In this document: positions 18,001-26,672 of the stretch, one piece after another
Numbering within the stretch: position 1 is the first letter of the stretch
Layout of the letters: each line of letters opens with the position of its first letter
Source: a virus
Reading direction: 5' to 3' (one strand)
DNA length: 64,000 nt
Virus genome (UHGV): UHGV-1352889
Translations under genes and position numbers: made by a program
The notes under the pieces: generated by a model
The model's database searches: none
Told to the model about the DNA's origin: nothing
The model's input: the letters and a program-made list of their open reading frames with translations, nothing else

Positions 18001-21000
18001 TGTTATACATGGCACTGATGTTGTGGCCGTCCCGCAGGTCCGCAAGCATTTGAACCCTGCCGAAGTTGTTCTGAATGAAGTCAAGAATTTCTCTGGTCCT
18101 GTAGTTCTTGGCTACACCTTCGAACAGGAGTTTATAATTCGAAGAGGCTCCCGGGGGAGCTGACACCAGCGGAAGTTTCAACTCGTCATGGAACGCGGCC
18201 AATGCTTGCATGTTGTCCAGCACTTGGCTTATGTTTTCGGACAACTCTGTCTGGTGCGCTTCGGCATGAGCGATTGCGGCTTCCTGCAACAACTTCGTCA
18301 GGCCATCATACTTCTGTGCCATCTCCCCGTTGGGATGTGCAATGATGTCCTTCATCGTCCGGGTGAAGTCTCCGGCATGGCGACCTACGGCCATGTAGGT
18401 GCGATGAAGATAATTCATCTCCGCGGCGTTGTTAGCCATACGGCTATCCCCAATGAGCTTGGCAATAGAGATTTGCGTCGCGGCAATTTCTTTACGGGAA
18501 TCGGCGATGACATTGTAGACCAGTTGACCTACAACCCCTTGTGACAGAAGCCATTGTTCCGCGGCATCCCGCTTAGCCATATACTCTGCCTGTTTCTGAC
18601 GGCGTGCATCGAGGATAGCGTTGTCCCGTTTCAGCCACACGGAACCAGCAGGAGTAGTTACGCCAGCACGAGTTACACCCGCTCTCTTTGTTGCAGCGTA
18701 GAAATCATCGTTGGCTTCCCGGATGATTTGTTTAGCTTCGGCCCGTGCCCTAGAGATGTCCTGAATCATAGGAGCAATGGCGGGGTGGTTTGTACTCTCC
18801 GCATAGAGGTAGTCGTTGCGAAGGTTGGACCACCTGTCCAGAAGTTCATCCATAGAGAAGGGACTGTCCACCTCGTTAATCATATCCGCGAGGTAGTTCT
18901 GCGTATCGCGGGCAAGACTAAAGTAGGAGGTTTCCAGATTGGCATCCCCTGTCGCGGAGATACGAGAGCCAAGGTCGGAGAGCGATTTGTGAATCTGCTG
19001 GGAGAGCATGGGGAGAGCCACCGTCTTGTCCAGCATGGCCCCATATCCCTTGACGCTCATGTCTTTAATCCGGCGCATCATGTCATTGATTTCCAATCGC
19101 CCTTCACTATTAAGCGCAAGGGAGTTGGCTAGACGCACCGCTTCCGCGTGCCTATTGACGGCATCGGTAACGGTCTTCTTAGCCAACGCGATACGGAAGT
19201 CGCGGGTCTGTTCGTGCTGGCGAACTTCTGCTTGGGCCTCTGCGTTAATGCGTGCAACGGTTTCAGGGTCAATGTCGTTGTCCATATTCCCCGACATGTC
19301 GAGAATGGACTTGCTCCATTTCTTTCGCGTGGCGGCATCCCAGCCCAGACTATCCGCACGGCGTTGAAGCATATCACCGATTTTGTCGATGCGTTTAATA
19401 CTGCGCTCGTATGCCGCATTCACGTTGGTCCTTTGTTCCAGCACAATCAGCTTCTGTTCCTCGGACTTAACATTGATGCCAGCTTTGTCCCAGCCCTTAG
19501 ACACGCCTTGCCATACGTTCTTAACACTAGTCACCCAGTTCCCGGCATTCGTACCGATAATCTCTGCACCCAGACCGAAGGACAGTCTTTGGGTCATGTC
19601 GGTCTCATAGGCCAACGGGTTGAAATAATCTACCTCATGGCTCATGGTGTAGTCCGTATCGTCTACTTTCCATGATGGGGTGCGAGGCATATCGAACCAC
19701 TTGCCGGGGGTTATGTCCGCGACGCGGTCCACATAGGAATCCCATTCAGCCGCATTCTTGGCGGCGGTGGTTCCGTCCATGTCGTCCGCAGTTTGCCGCA
19801 CATCTCTAATCAAATCCTTAAGCCATTCAATGAGGCGCACGTGAACGGGTCTCCTGCCCCCAGCCGCTTCGGCATAGCGAGCCAAATCCGTGAGGGTTAC
19901 ATTGTCTCCGCTCACCTCCGCAATCATGAAGTTCATGACAGGATTGGAGAACGCAACACTGGCAAATTCGTCCGGGCCACGGAGACCATAGTTGAGGTCG
20001 GAGGCAAGCGCGGCGATGGCATTCATCTCATTGATGTCCACGCTAGCTTCATACATAGCGGTGAGGCTATCAATGAATTGATTATAGTTCTCCGCAACTG
20101 CGCTTCTAATCTTGTCCATCCGCTGGGAGTAGTCCGCGTTAGTGGCACGAAGATGACGGTCAATGAGGTGGATGGCCTCATGCAGTACTGTTCCCGTTAC
20201 GCTCTCAATCGCATTGTCCCGGTCCATGTACAGGTCAATGACACCACCGACAAGCTTCCCGTCTGTTCCGTTCATGTAGGTGATACTGGCGGGGGAGGCT
20301 ATATTGGCAGGAGCATTGGTGGCTCGGATAGCCACGTCCAAACCAGCGGCATGCAATGCGCGGAGCACTCCGTCAATGGCCGCGGCCTGTGCAGGAGATG
20401 CCTTGACGCGAAGGTCCGAAAGGATGCCGTAGGCATTTACGCCCGTCCCGTCAGAGGGGAGATTGAGAGCGGAGACCCTATCCCCCCACTTGGTGCTGGG
20501 TGTCCCTCCCTCGCCCATGTTGTACATGCTTGCGTGCGGAGAGACGACAATGGTTTCTCCCGTGTTGCTCGTAACCAGCGGGGCATTAATCCCGGTCATC
20601 TCGTTCAAGGAGACGAGCTTGGTTCCGCGGTCAAGAGGTGAACCGGATGAAAGCCATGCCCCAGTGTTGGGGTCGAACGAAGTAATGGCGGCATCCAAGG
20701 TATCCACGGTTTCCACGGCTTCGGGGGTAACTACTCCCGTATCTACCATGTTAGTGACGGAGGCAATGGCTTGGTCCCTCTCCTTCCGTGCCGTGAGTTC
20801 CGGGGATTCCGTGGTAGCCGTGGGTTCCGTGGGCACCGGGGATTCCTTGGTAGCCGCGGCTTCCGTCAATCCGTTAATAACGTTAATGGCGGCATCGAGG
20901 TCTTCATCTCCTGTAGTAAGGATGGACAGGTCATCGTCTACTTCGATAACCTGAACCCGGTCTCCCATAGCATCAAGGGCTTCCGAAAGCATGGTGCGCA

Positions 21001-24000
21001 TGGTGTCGAGGTTTTCCTTATTTGGGAATGACAGGGTATTGGGCAGGTCGTTAATGGCTTCTGCCATGAATGAGCTTGCCGCGGCACTGCCCTCGTAGGT
21101 ATATATTTCGGAGGCCCGTTCCACTAGGTTGCGGAACTGGGTGAAATTGCTGATGCCCATACGGGTTGCGCCTTCCACCCATGCCTTCCGGGTTTCGTCG
21201 GAGACAACCAGACTTTCATGGGCAATGGATTTGTCCACCCATTCGCGGGCAACTTCCGCGGCATCCCCCTTCTCCCCGGCAATCTCGATAACCTTCTTTC
21301 CGGTTTCTACCAAGCTTTCCGGCACATTGTTTTTGGTAATGGCTTTGCCCGTTTCCTCGATGATGTTGCTCGCATCTTTCGTAATATCCGGTAGCATGGA
21401 AGTAGCATCCTTTACATCAAGGGTGGGAACGGCTTCGGTTTGGAAACGTATGTTCCCTTCCCCAGCTAACTGGCTACCAACGTAGCCGCCGATACCCCCA
21501 AGGAAAGCAATCTTTATAGCACCGCTAATCACTTGGTCAGTAGTGGCAATAGAGGATTCGGAGATTTCTCCGTTCTTCACCAGTTCAGTAAATGCCCATT
21601 CTTGGAATTCGTCTGCCAGTTCTTCGGTGGCTCCTTCCACTGCGGCCTTGCTCGTGCTGTACAGATAGGAAGCAACGGAAAGCGTCTTCTCCTTGGTAGT
21701 CATTTCAGACCACGGCTTGCTTCTCCATCTGGCCATCTTCTGTTCAAGGGTTTGGAATGGAGATTGACCGCGAAGGTTTTTAGCTCCAACAATCTTACGC
21801 ATGTAGGAATCCACACCTGCGCGGTTGTTGATAAGCGTACTGCCAGCGGAGACCAGAGCCGCACCAAAGAGGGCACGCCTACTGGCAATGCTCTGTGCCC
21901 GGTTCGTGTTCTCGGCAGTCGGTTCCTTCCCTTCCATCTCCCTGTCATAAATGGTATAGAAGATGTCGGAGTAAGCATTCGGTGCAACCTGCGAGATGAT
22001 GGTAAGGTTTACCCCAGCACCAGCTCCCGCCCTTTCAAGGCTCAAGGCCGCAAGGTTATTAAGGTTACGCTGAATAGTTCCACTCAAACGTCCCGCCAAT
22101 CCCGGACGGGCGGCAGGGACCAAAGCTTCTGCCCGCTTCGCTACGACGTTAGCCGTTGCCCTCGCGAACTTGGTCAGAGCGGTACGTTCCAATGCGCGGC
22201 CAGCAAGGCCACCGATTTTACCAGCCCCCGCGGTTGCCACCATTTGGTAGCCGAGGTTAGCGATTTCCGCAGTATAGTCTGCAAGGATGTTGCCTCGAAC
22301 AAGTTCAGCTTCCGCTTCCTGTTTTTTGTTCAGCTGGTCCCAGAGGGTGCGGGTATGTTCCATCGCCGCACGACTGCCGACTGCATTCTGCGCAAAGAGA
22401 AGAGCACCATAGGCGGCCCCTGTCCCAAGGTCGATGGCTTTGTGCGTGCCTATCTGGAACCCACGGAGAATAGGATTGATGTGAGCCTGTCCTTTCTCCT
22501 GCCACGCGGAGAGAATGTCCTCGTCGCTCTTGCCCGCTTCCTTCTGTTCATTGTAGAAATTCTTGAAGGAAAGGTACTTGTCCAGATACTTCATGCTTTC
22601 GGTCCAGATAGGGTAGACCCGCATGCCGAAACCAAGCCACGTATCATGGAGCGTTCCCAGCGTTTCATCTAATGCAATGTTGTCCTTCACAAGTTCCTGT
22701 GCGGATTTCGTGCGGAGGTTCTGGAACTTTTCAATGGTGCGATTAATGAGACCTTCGTCCGCGCCGCTAGCACGGAGAGCCTCAATGCTCTTGTCCATCA
22801 GCTTGTTGTCGTAGAGAGCATTGGGGTTCAGTTCGAGAGTGGCGTTCGTATCAACTTCCTTGGTGTGCGGGTTGTACGCAAAGAGACTGCCACGGCCTAC
22901 GCCCAAGTCACCCATACGTGCGGCATGGGAGAGGGAGTTGAGGGCATCGCGAGTATTTTCAATATGGTATTGGGCCATGTATTCCTTCAACCGTTCGGGA
23001 CCTACATCAAAAGAGGGACCCCCCAGTACGCCATACTCCCATGTGCCACGCCTCGTTCCCTTTCTCCACTCCATTGTACTTAATGGGTCAGAGGTCTTGC
23101 CCACACTATCTCCCGGCTGGAGGGTAAGCACATCCGCAATTTGTCCCCCCGTGCTTCGGTAGTTAGCCATTGCGCCCTTGACCGCATCCATGAGAGTGCC
23201 TCTCGGCGTAGCCTTGGCGACATAACCCTGAATCAGATTGGTTACTCCCGCTTGGTACAGGATGGATTTGGGAACCCCCGGAAACCTTGTAGCCACGGCT
23301 TCCAGTATAGCCTCACTCATGCCAATCTGTTCATCGGTCTCGAAGGTCAGGGGGCGGTCCTTCTTGCGACGAAGGTCCTTGGCAAGAACTTTGGCCCTTG
23401 CACGTATTGCGTCCATGTCAGCATTGGGGACTAAAGACAGAAGGGTAGAGGCCGCGGCTTCCGGATTGAGAATCGCGTCGCGAAGTTCGAGGTAGGGAAG
23501 GCCAGTGTAGTCTTCTTCGAGCCGACGTACCATTTTGTCTGCCGCCTCTATCTGTTCACGAATCCTATCCTCAACAGGCTTTTCTTTCTTTGAAGTTTGA
23601 TGCCTGGGGATATAGATATCACCGTTCCGGGAAAGGTAATCCCCGTAGTCGCGGACAAGCCGGAACATTTTGCTGGGAGACTTAGAGAGGTTGGCGAGTT
23701 CAGCAAAAACATTCCCAGTAAATGAAGGTGCTGAATCAGAGAATTCGCCAACGCCAAGCTCCCCCACGTTCGTCTGGCTGGGGGTTTTCTTCTGCACGTT
23801 CTCCGTCGAAGCGGCTCGGTGCTTATTATAGAGAGACTTAGCGGCACGATAGTTGTCAATGTCTTCGCGCCTAATCGTATTGATGATGCTTTCTATTTCC
23901 TCCGCAGTGTAAGCAATGGGTGCGCTCTCGATGGCTTCTGCTTTAGGTTTACCTGAATAATCTAGATGCGAGTTGAGGTAATCCTTCCGGGCCTTTTCCA

Positions 24001-24691
24001 TTGTGCTGGCAATGGATTTGGCCACCGCCTTTGCGTTACGGTTTCTGTCCGCGGCAATGGCGAGGAACTTTTCCGTTACGACGGGGTTCCCGTCCTCTCC
24101 CATGCCGAAGCCAAAGCGGGATAAGAATGCGGGTTGCTGGGGAGAAAGTTCGGAGGAAGAGACTGCGACGATGCCCGTGTTATTCGTAAGCTTTTTAATG
24201 GCGTCACTATCACCACGAGCGGCGGCCTTCAAATCAACCCGCGCATCTTCTCCGCTGTCTAGGTAGTTCTTTATGTAGTCGATTCCCTCAAAGGTGAACC
24301 CACGGTTTCCTTTGTTCAAGACATCAACGTCAGCCTTTTCCGCGGCGGTTTTCCATTGTTGTTCCGTATGGGCGCGGGTTTTTGTTTCCCATTCTACGTT
24401 ACGTGCGCGGTCTGCCTGTTCAATCTGTTTCTTCTGAAAGTCCTCAATGGACTTAGAGACATAGTCATCAAACTCCGCGGTAGCTCCTGCGGCTTTCTCC
24501 GCGTGGGTCTGTTTCTTTTCCGCTAACCTTTGCTCGCGGTCTAGTGCTTTCTGTGCTCTGTCTTCCTGTTTCTGTTTTTGCGTCTCTTGCCACGTGGCGT
24601 GCCTTTCTGCGGCTCGCTGTTCACGCGCGATACTGCTTGCCGACGTCGGAGCGAAGTCGGACATATTGGCGGTACTAAAGTCAATGGCCAT
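15047..24691 (-). CDS. giant virion protein (3214 aa) with HExxH zincin-like motif; function unknown
   Basis: One uninterrupted 9.6-kb ORF sits in the structural gene train. VLHEAIHLIDRH is encoded near 20155-20184, with a Glu 23 aa downstream. Charged coiled-coil regions and T/E/P/S-rich linkers are present. Confidence 0.7.
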   Translation of the reverse strand: MAIDFSTANMSDFAPTSASSIAREQRAAERHATWQETQKQKQEDRAQKALDREQRLAEKKQTHAEKAAGATAEFDDYVSKSIEDFQKKQIEQADRARNVEWETKTRAHTEQQWKTAAEKADVDVLNKGNRGFTFEGIDYIKNYLDSGEDARVDLKAAARGDSDAIKKLTNNTGIVAVSSSELSPQQPAFLSRFGFGMGEDGNPVVTEKFLAIAADRNRNAKAVAKSIASTMEKARKDYLNSHLDYSGKPKAEAIESAPIAYTAEEIESIINTIRREDIDNYRAAKSLYNKHRAASTENVQKKTPSQTNVGELGVGEFSDSAPSFTGNVFAELANLSKSPSKMFRLVRDYGDYLSRNGDIYIPRHQTSKKEKPVEDRIREQIEAADKMVRRLEEDYTGLPYLELRDAILNPEAAASTLLSLVPNADMDAIRARAKVLAKDLRRKKDRPLTFETDEQIGMSEAILEAVATRFPGVPKSILYQAGVTNLIQGYVAKATPRGTLMDAVKGAMANYRSTGGQIADVLTLQPGDSVGKTSDPLSTMEWRKGTRRGTWEYGVLGGPSFDVGPERLKEYMAQYHIENTRDALNSLSHAARMGDLGVGRGSLFAYNPHTKEVDTNATLELNPNALYDNKLMDKSIEALRASGADEGLINRTIEKFQNLRTKSAQELVKDNIALDETLGTLHDTWLGFGMRVYPIWTESMKYLDKYLSFKNFYNEQKEAGKSDEDILSAWQEKGQAHINPILRGFQIGTHKAIDLGTGAAYGALLFAQNAVGSRAAMEHTRTLWDQLNKKQEAEAELVRGNILADYTAEIANLGYQMVATAGAGKIGGLAGRALERTALTKFARATANVVAKRAEALVPAARPGLAGRLSGTIQRNLNNLAALSLERAGAGAGVNLTIISQVAPNAYSDIFYTIYDREMEGKEPTAENTNRAQSIASRRALFGAALVSAGSTLINNRAGVDSYMRKIVGAKNLRGQSPFQTLEQKMARWRSKPWSEMTTKEKTLSVASYLYSTSKAAVEGATEELADEFQEWAFTELVKNGEISESSIATTDQVISGAIKIAFLGGIGGYVGSQLAGEGNIRFQTEAVPTLDVKDATSMLPDITKDASNIIEETGKAITKNNVPESLVETGKKVIEIAGEKGDAAEVAREWVDKSIAHESLVVSDETRKAWVEGATRMGISNFTQFRNLVERASEIYTYEGSAAASSFMAEAINDLPNTLSFPNKENLDTMRTMLSEALDAMGDRVQVIEVDDDLSILTTGDEDLDAAINVINGLTEAAATKESPVPTEPTATTESPELTARKERDQAIASVTNMVDTGVVTPEAVETVDTLDAAITSFDPNTGAWLSSGSPLDRGTKLVSLNEMTGINAPLVTSNTGETIVVSPHASMYNMGEGGTPSTKWGDRVSALNLPSDGTGVNAYGILSDLRVKASPAQAAAIDGVLRALHAAGLDVAIRATNAPANIASPASITYMNGTDGKLVGGVIDLYMDRDNAIESVTGTVLHEAIHLIDRHLRATNADYSQRMDKIRSAVAENYNQFIDSLTAMYEASVDINEMNAIAALASDLNYGLRGPDEFASVAFSNPVMNFMIAEVSGDNVTLTDLARYAEAAGGRRPVHVRLIEWLKDLIRDVRQTADDMDGTTAAKNAAEWDSYVDRVADITPGKWFDMPRTPSWKVDDTDYTMSHEVDYFNPLAYETDMTQRLSFGLGAEIIGTNAGNWVTSVKNVWQGVSKGWDKAGINVKSEEQKLIVLEQRTNVNAAYERSIKRIDKIGDMLQRRADSLGWDAATRKKWSKSILDMSGNMDNDIDPETVARINAEAQAEVRQHEQTRDFRIALAKKTVTDAVNRHAEAVRLANSLALNSEGRLEINDMMRRIKDMSVKGYGAMLDKTVALPMLSQQIHKSLSDLGSRISATGDANLETSYFSLARDTQNYLADMINEVDSPFSMDELLDRWSNLRNDYLYAESTNHPAIAPMIQDISRARAEAKQIIREANDDFYAATKRAGVTRAGVTTPAGSVWLKRDNAILDARRQKQAEYMAKRDAAEQWLLSQGVVGQLVYNVIADSRKEIAATQISIAKLIGDSRMANNAAEMNYLHRTYMAVGRHAGDFTRTMKDIIAHPNGEMAQKYDGLTKLLQEAAIAHAEAHQTELSENISQVLDNMQALAAFHDELKLPLVSAPPGASSNYKLLFEGVAKNYRTREILDFIQNNFGRVQMLADLRDGHNISAMYNKAMSMIAQADYRTKSKMAEMKETLDMKARDSFLADVFSSLPGNTIADKIGGLESPASVASEVNKAIPTIPTSAIDQIWNAPNMNAAERLDKTLNLLRGQAGILMRANNMGNVISATDLKVLQYPELSRLAVSDAMKAIDEVLTKKRTNEDALAQRKRLPEWQRKAMYELSDLTIGDAIGTLQNTISMQSKIAVNQLLADEYATVLKAQGVVVPATSTNRTPDMVEISLKNTKNALNGLYADKDVADAIYHIYRPSDDIMNSRTDDYKKVRKYWQKSGKGQGWGSKAGSLANLSVLIASPNSTLRNLYGTVAQMTHAGALPFTGSKDIANLVGDWLQLRKLRRLSKGKDLGSQASADRLLAAEDRYNEKIRYWQELGLLDAGQGEFLRNVWKSDEFSKMAGEFEEVNEDSFFKLAEALNEKQERTKGEVAKDAAKMAGKVVAWPIKTMAFAYGLPDAAAKIVLFTNQRAIADTQLKVQLARAKGKANPNARDQILLDASQTDQSWNAYVDRYTAHMVKSLLPTGSRTPSWVKILNIVMAPFFMFQYHTAQSVVYNLGHAIGEGVDGVWAINNGMKKEGAYLLGRAILRAAGSVGTISATSAVSSLFARQIITSVLGDDDDRKIIDDAEVMRKLADSGLIPDYDKFGDLIGIIDMKRHEFEYLNLEYMNPFKTIKVLAKTLPSLFMDMDVDKWGMNKVAELKNLLENTVLEESLLLNAASELFNEEDFNYKHSLSGDESVNVLPAVGNAILLAAGLNPSFGSGHTWQALERVATVANKKIPFYGWAVKTGKQFASDTPDMSTAAYLLQTFGAGLRRPKDLTEALAAGLKNANAAVTKSKRMSILRPDFYKRMESGMDVELMEAVETADAVKNFTKLVNSVRFVTEITNMLDPSIRSEVLDSVIESSGMSAKTYGAAMQGIMPYVISPQAGREAIAKLNRELQKSNTTDEGKRLIEEQKQLIINLMQKGSIPIDGALSTEEIHNRMK

Positions 24692-24743
24692 GTTTGTTGA
24701 GTGTTAGTCTAATAAGTTTGCCCCACTCATGTGGGTCTTCAAC

Positions 24744-24771
24744 ATCCTATCATGAGTGGGGCGAGGGTCAA
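24744..24771 (-). promoter_or_regulatory. candidate promoter TTGACC-N16-TAGGAT upstream of the giant gene, overlapping a 12-bp-stem hairpin
   Basis: Read on the minus strand. The hairpin GCCCCACTCATG...CATGAGTGGGGC lies at 24720-24762. Confidence 0.3.
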
Positions 24772-24794
24772 GTGAAATATCAACTATGACAAAT

Positions 24795-25922
24795 TTATTT
24801 TCGGAATTCCAAATGGGCGAACTCCGGACCTTGCATCAGTTCGGTATATAGCGCGAGCCTTGCTTGCGGGTCTTTCTTCTGTAGGGCTTGATACTGCGCG
24901 TACTGCCGCGCAAAGCGGGGGTCTCGGATGTTGAGCCGATTCCTGAACATGTTGCGCAGTTCCTGTTTTTTAGCCCGTTCCAGCTTTTCAAGGAGTTTAA
25001 TTTCCTTGCCATACTTTTCCGGCTGGGCGTACATGGTTCGGACCTTGAGGTATGTTCCTGCCTGTGCTCTAGCTTCTGGGCTGGCCGTGTTGTCCTGTAG
25101 GGTTCGAAGCATGTACTCGGCAGTCCCGCCACCGGGACTGTTGGAAGTATCCACGGCGGGCGCACTTGTGGTTGAACTTCTCGTGGGAATGGGAGTATTG
25201 CCAGAGGGCAGTGCGTTTGTGGAGCGTGCGGAGGGAGACGGAGCAGAACCTTTCGGTAATGCCGCCGTGGTAGCGGCTGGTGCATTCTTGGTCACCATCT
25301 CGGCGTACTTGCTATATATGGCTTCCTGCCGTTCCTTCGGCATAGACTGGAATACCTTGTACCCTTCCGAACCGAGTTTATCTTGCAGATATTTTTGAGC
25401 CGCTTCCGTCGTTCCCGTGGGACGTCCGGTTGCCGTGGATGCCGTGGATGCCGTGGGACGTCCGGTTGCCGTGGGAACCACGGATGCCACAGGAGAGATG
25501 GTGGGCATCAATCCCCTGCTCACATTCTGGTCAACTCCCCGAAGCATGAGCCTGTCCTCCGCAGAGAGTTTCCCCGCCGCGGCTTGTTGCATGCCAGCCC
25601 GGAACGCCGCTTGTTGCCGCGCGGCGTAGCTTGCGCTATTGGGGTCAACCGCGCCCGGCACTGCTGGTTCCGTAATCCCCCGCCCGTAGGGACTGGCGGG
25701 AGGATTCTTAATCCCGTGGTTGCTATTGGCCGCGGCGATGGTGTTCATCTCCTTCGCGTCGATAGGCTTGTTCGGGTCGTTGTTATTCATGGGACGGAGA
25801 GGGATGTTGGGATTCGACTTCGGAAGCACCTCGTCCATCGTCTTCTGTTTGAGAGACTTGGCGGCGGGGATACCCCCGCTCGCGTTCATCTCACTCGATA
25901 TGTCAGTCTTTTTGGTCGGCAT
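24795..25922 (-). CDS. low-complexity structural protein (375 aa) with in-frame 9-nt tandem repeats
   Basis: ORF. The DNA at 25421-25492 carries eight 9-nt units encoding TATGRPTASTASTATGRPTGTT. Confidence 0.5.
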   Translation of the reverse strand: MPTKKTDISSEMNASGGIPAAKSLKQKTMDEVLPKSNPNIPLRPMNNNDPNKPIDAKEMNTIAAANSNHGIKNPPASPYGRGITEPAVPGAVDPNSASYAARQQAAFRAGMQQAAAGKLSAEDRLMLRGVDQNVSRGLMPTISPVASVVPTATGRPTASTASTATGRPTGTTEAAQKYLQDKLGSEGYKVFQSMPKERQEAIYSKYAEMVTKNAPAATTAALPKGSAPSPSARSTNALPSGNTPIPTRSSTTSAPAVDTSNSPGGGTAEYMLRTLQDNTASPEARAQAGTYLKVRTMYAQPEKYGKEIKLLEKLERAKKQELRNMFRNRLNIRDPRFARQYAQYQALQKKDPQARLALYTELMQGPEFAHLEFRK

Positions 25923-25924
25923 AA

Positions 25925-26668
25925 TTACATGAGGTTAAGTCCGGGGCACTGCATGATGCCGCCGTTCTGAATAATATTCGGAGCCTGATACGTACCCTGA
26001 CGATATTTGCGCAGGTGGTCGTTCAGGTATTTGACGGCAAGGCCATAGCTGTCCGTCCCCATTTGAGTGTTGCCCTGCTCATTATAGACCACGGCCAGCA
26101 TCATTGCCTTCAATGCCGGAAGACATCCGGGGTAGATACGAACCTCCTTGTCTTCCCATGCCGCGTCATCATAAATGTTGAGGGATAGGCCGCGCAATGC
26201 GCACCGTGCCGAAACCGTCATGACGTTGCTTGCGGGGTTGTCGTTGATACCGCTACCACCAGACAATACTGAATAGGTGCGGAGGTTCTGCTCATTCAGT
26301 CCCATGTCCAGCATGATGGCATGGTAGCCACTGTCATGCTTCGGGTATTCGGAACGGAACCAAGTGTTGCTTTCGAACATGGCCCGGTCGATGATGTGGT
26401 ATTTCTTGCCGCTGGGCGACCATGCCTCAACGATACTGTCATATTCTTCGGGCAGGGAGATAGTTCCCTCGCGAGGGATTCCTTCAAAGTCCAAGGTTTC
26501 CACGGAATCCGGGGATACCGTGGCCTCATTCAGCAGGAGGTTCTGCGCTTCCTTCAATATGCGACGGAAGTCAACGTTGGACTTGGACGGCGGCTGGTTC
26601 GTAATGAGCATGCAAAGCTCGTCACAAACATTGCGATAGGTTAAATAGGATTTGGTAATGAATGCCAT
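25925..26668 (-). CDS. hypothetical structural protein (247 aa)
   Basis: ORF in the operon. Confidence 0.5.
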   Translation of the reverse strand: MAFITKSYLTYRNVCDELCMLITNQPPSKSNVDFRRILKEAQNLLLNEATVSPDSVETLDFEGIPREGTISLPEEYDSIVEAWSPSGKKYHIIDRAMFESNTWFRSEYPKHDSGYHAIMLDMGLNEQNLRTYSVLSGGSGINDNPASNVMTVSARCALRGLSLNIYDDAAWEDKEVRIYPGCLPALKAMMLAVVYNEQGNTQMGTDSYGLAVKYLNDHLRKYRQGTYQAPNIIQNGGIMQCPGLNLM

Positions 26669-26672
26669 GAGA

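Noticed and set aside
15047-24691. Giant protein as a virion RNA polymerase (N4-like or crAss-like)
   Set aside because: No DxDGD motif and no ordered T7-type A/B/C motifs were found. Isolated look-alikes (KTMAFAYG, LHDTW) are in the wrong order. It is left as unknown function.
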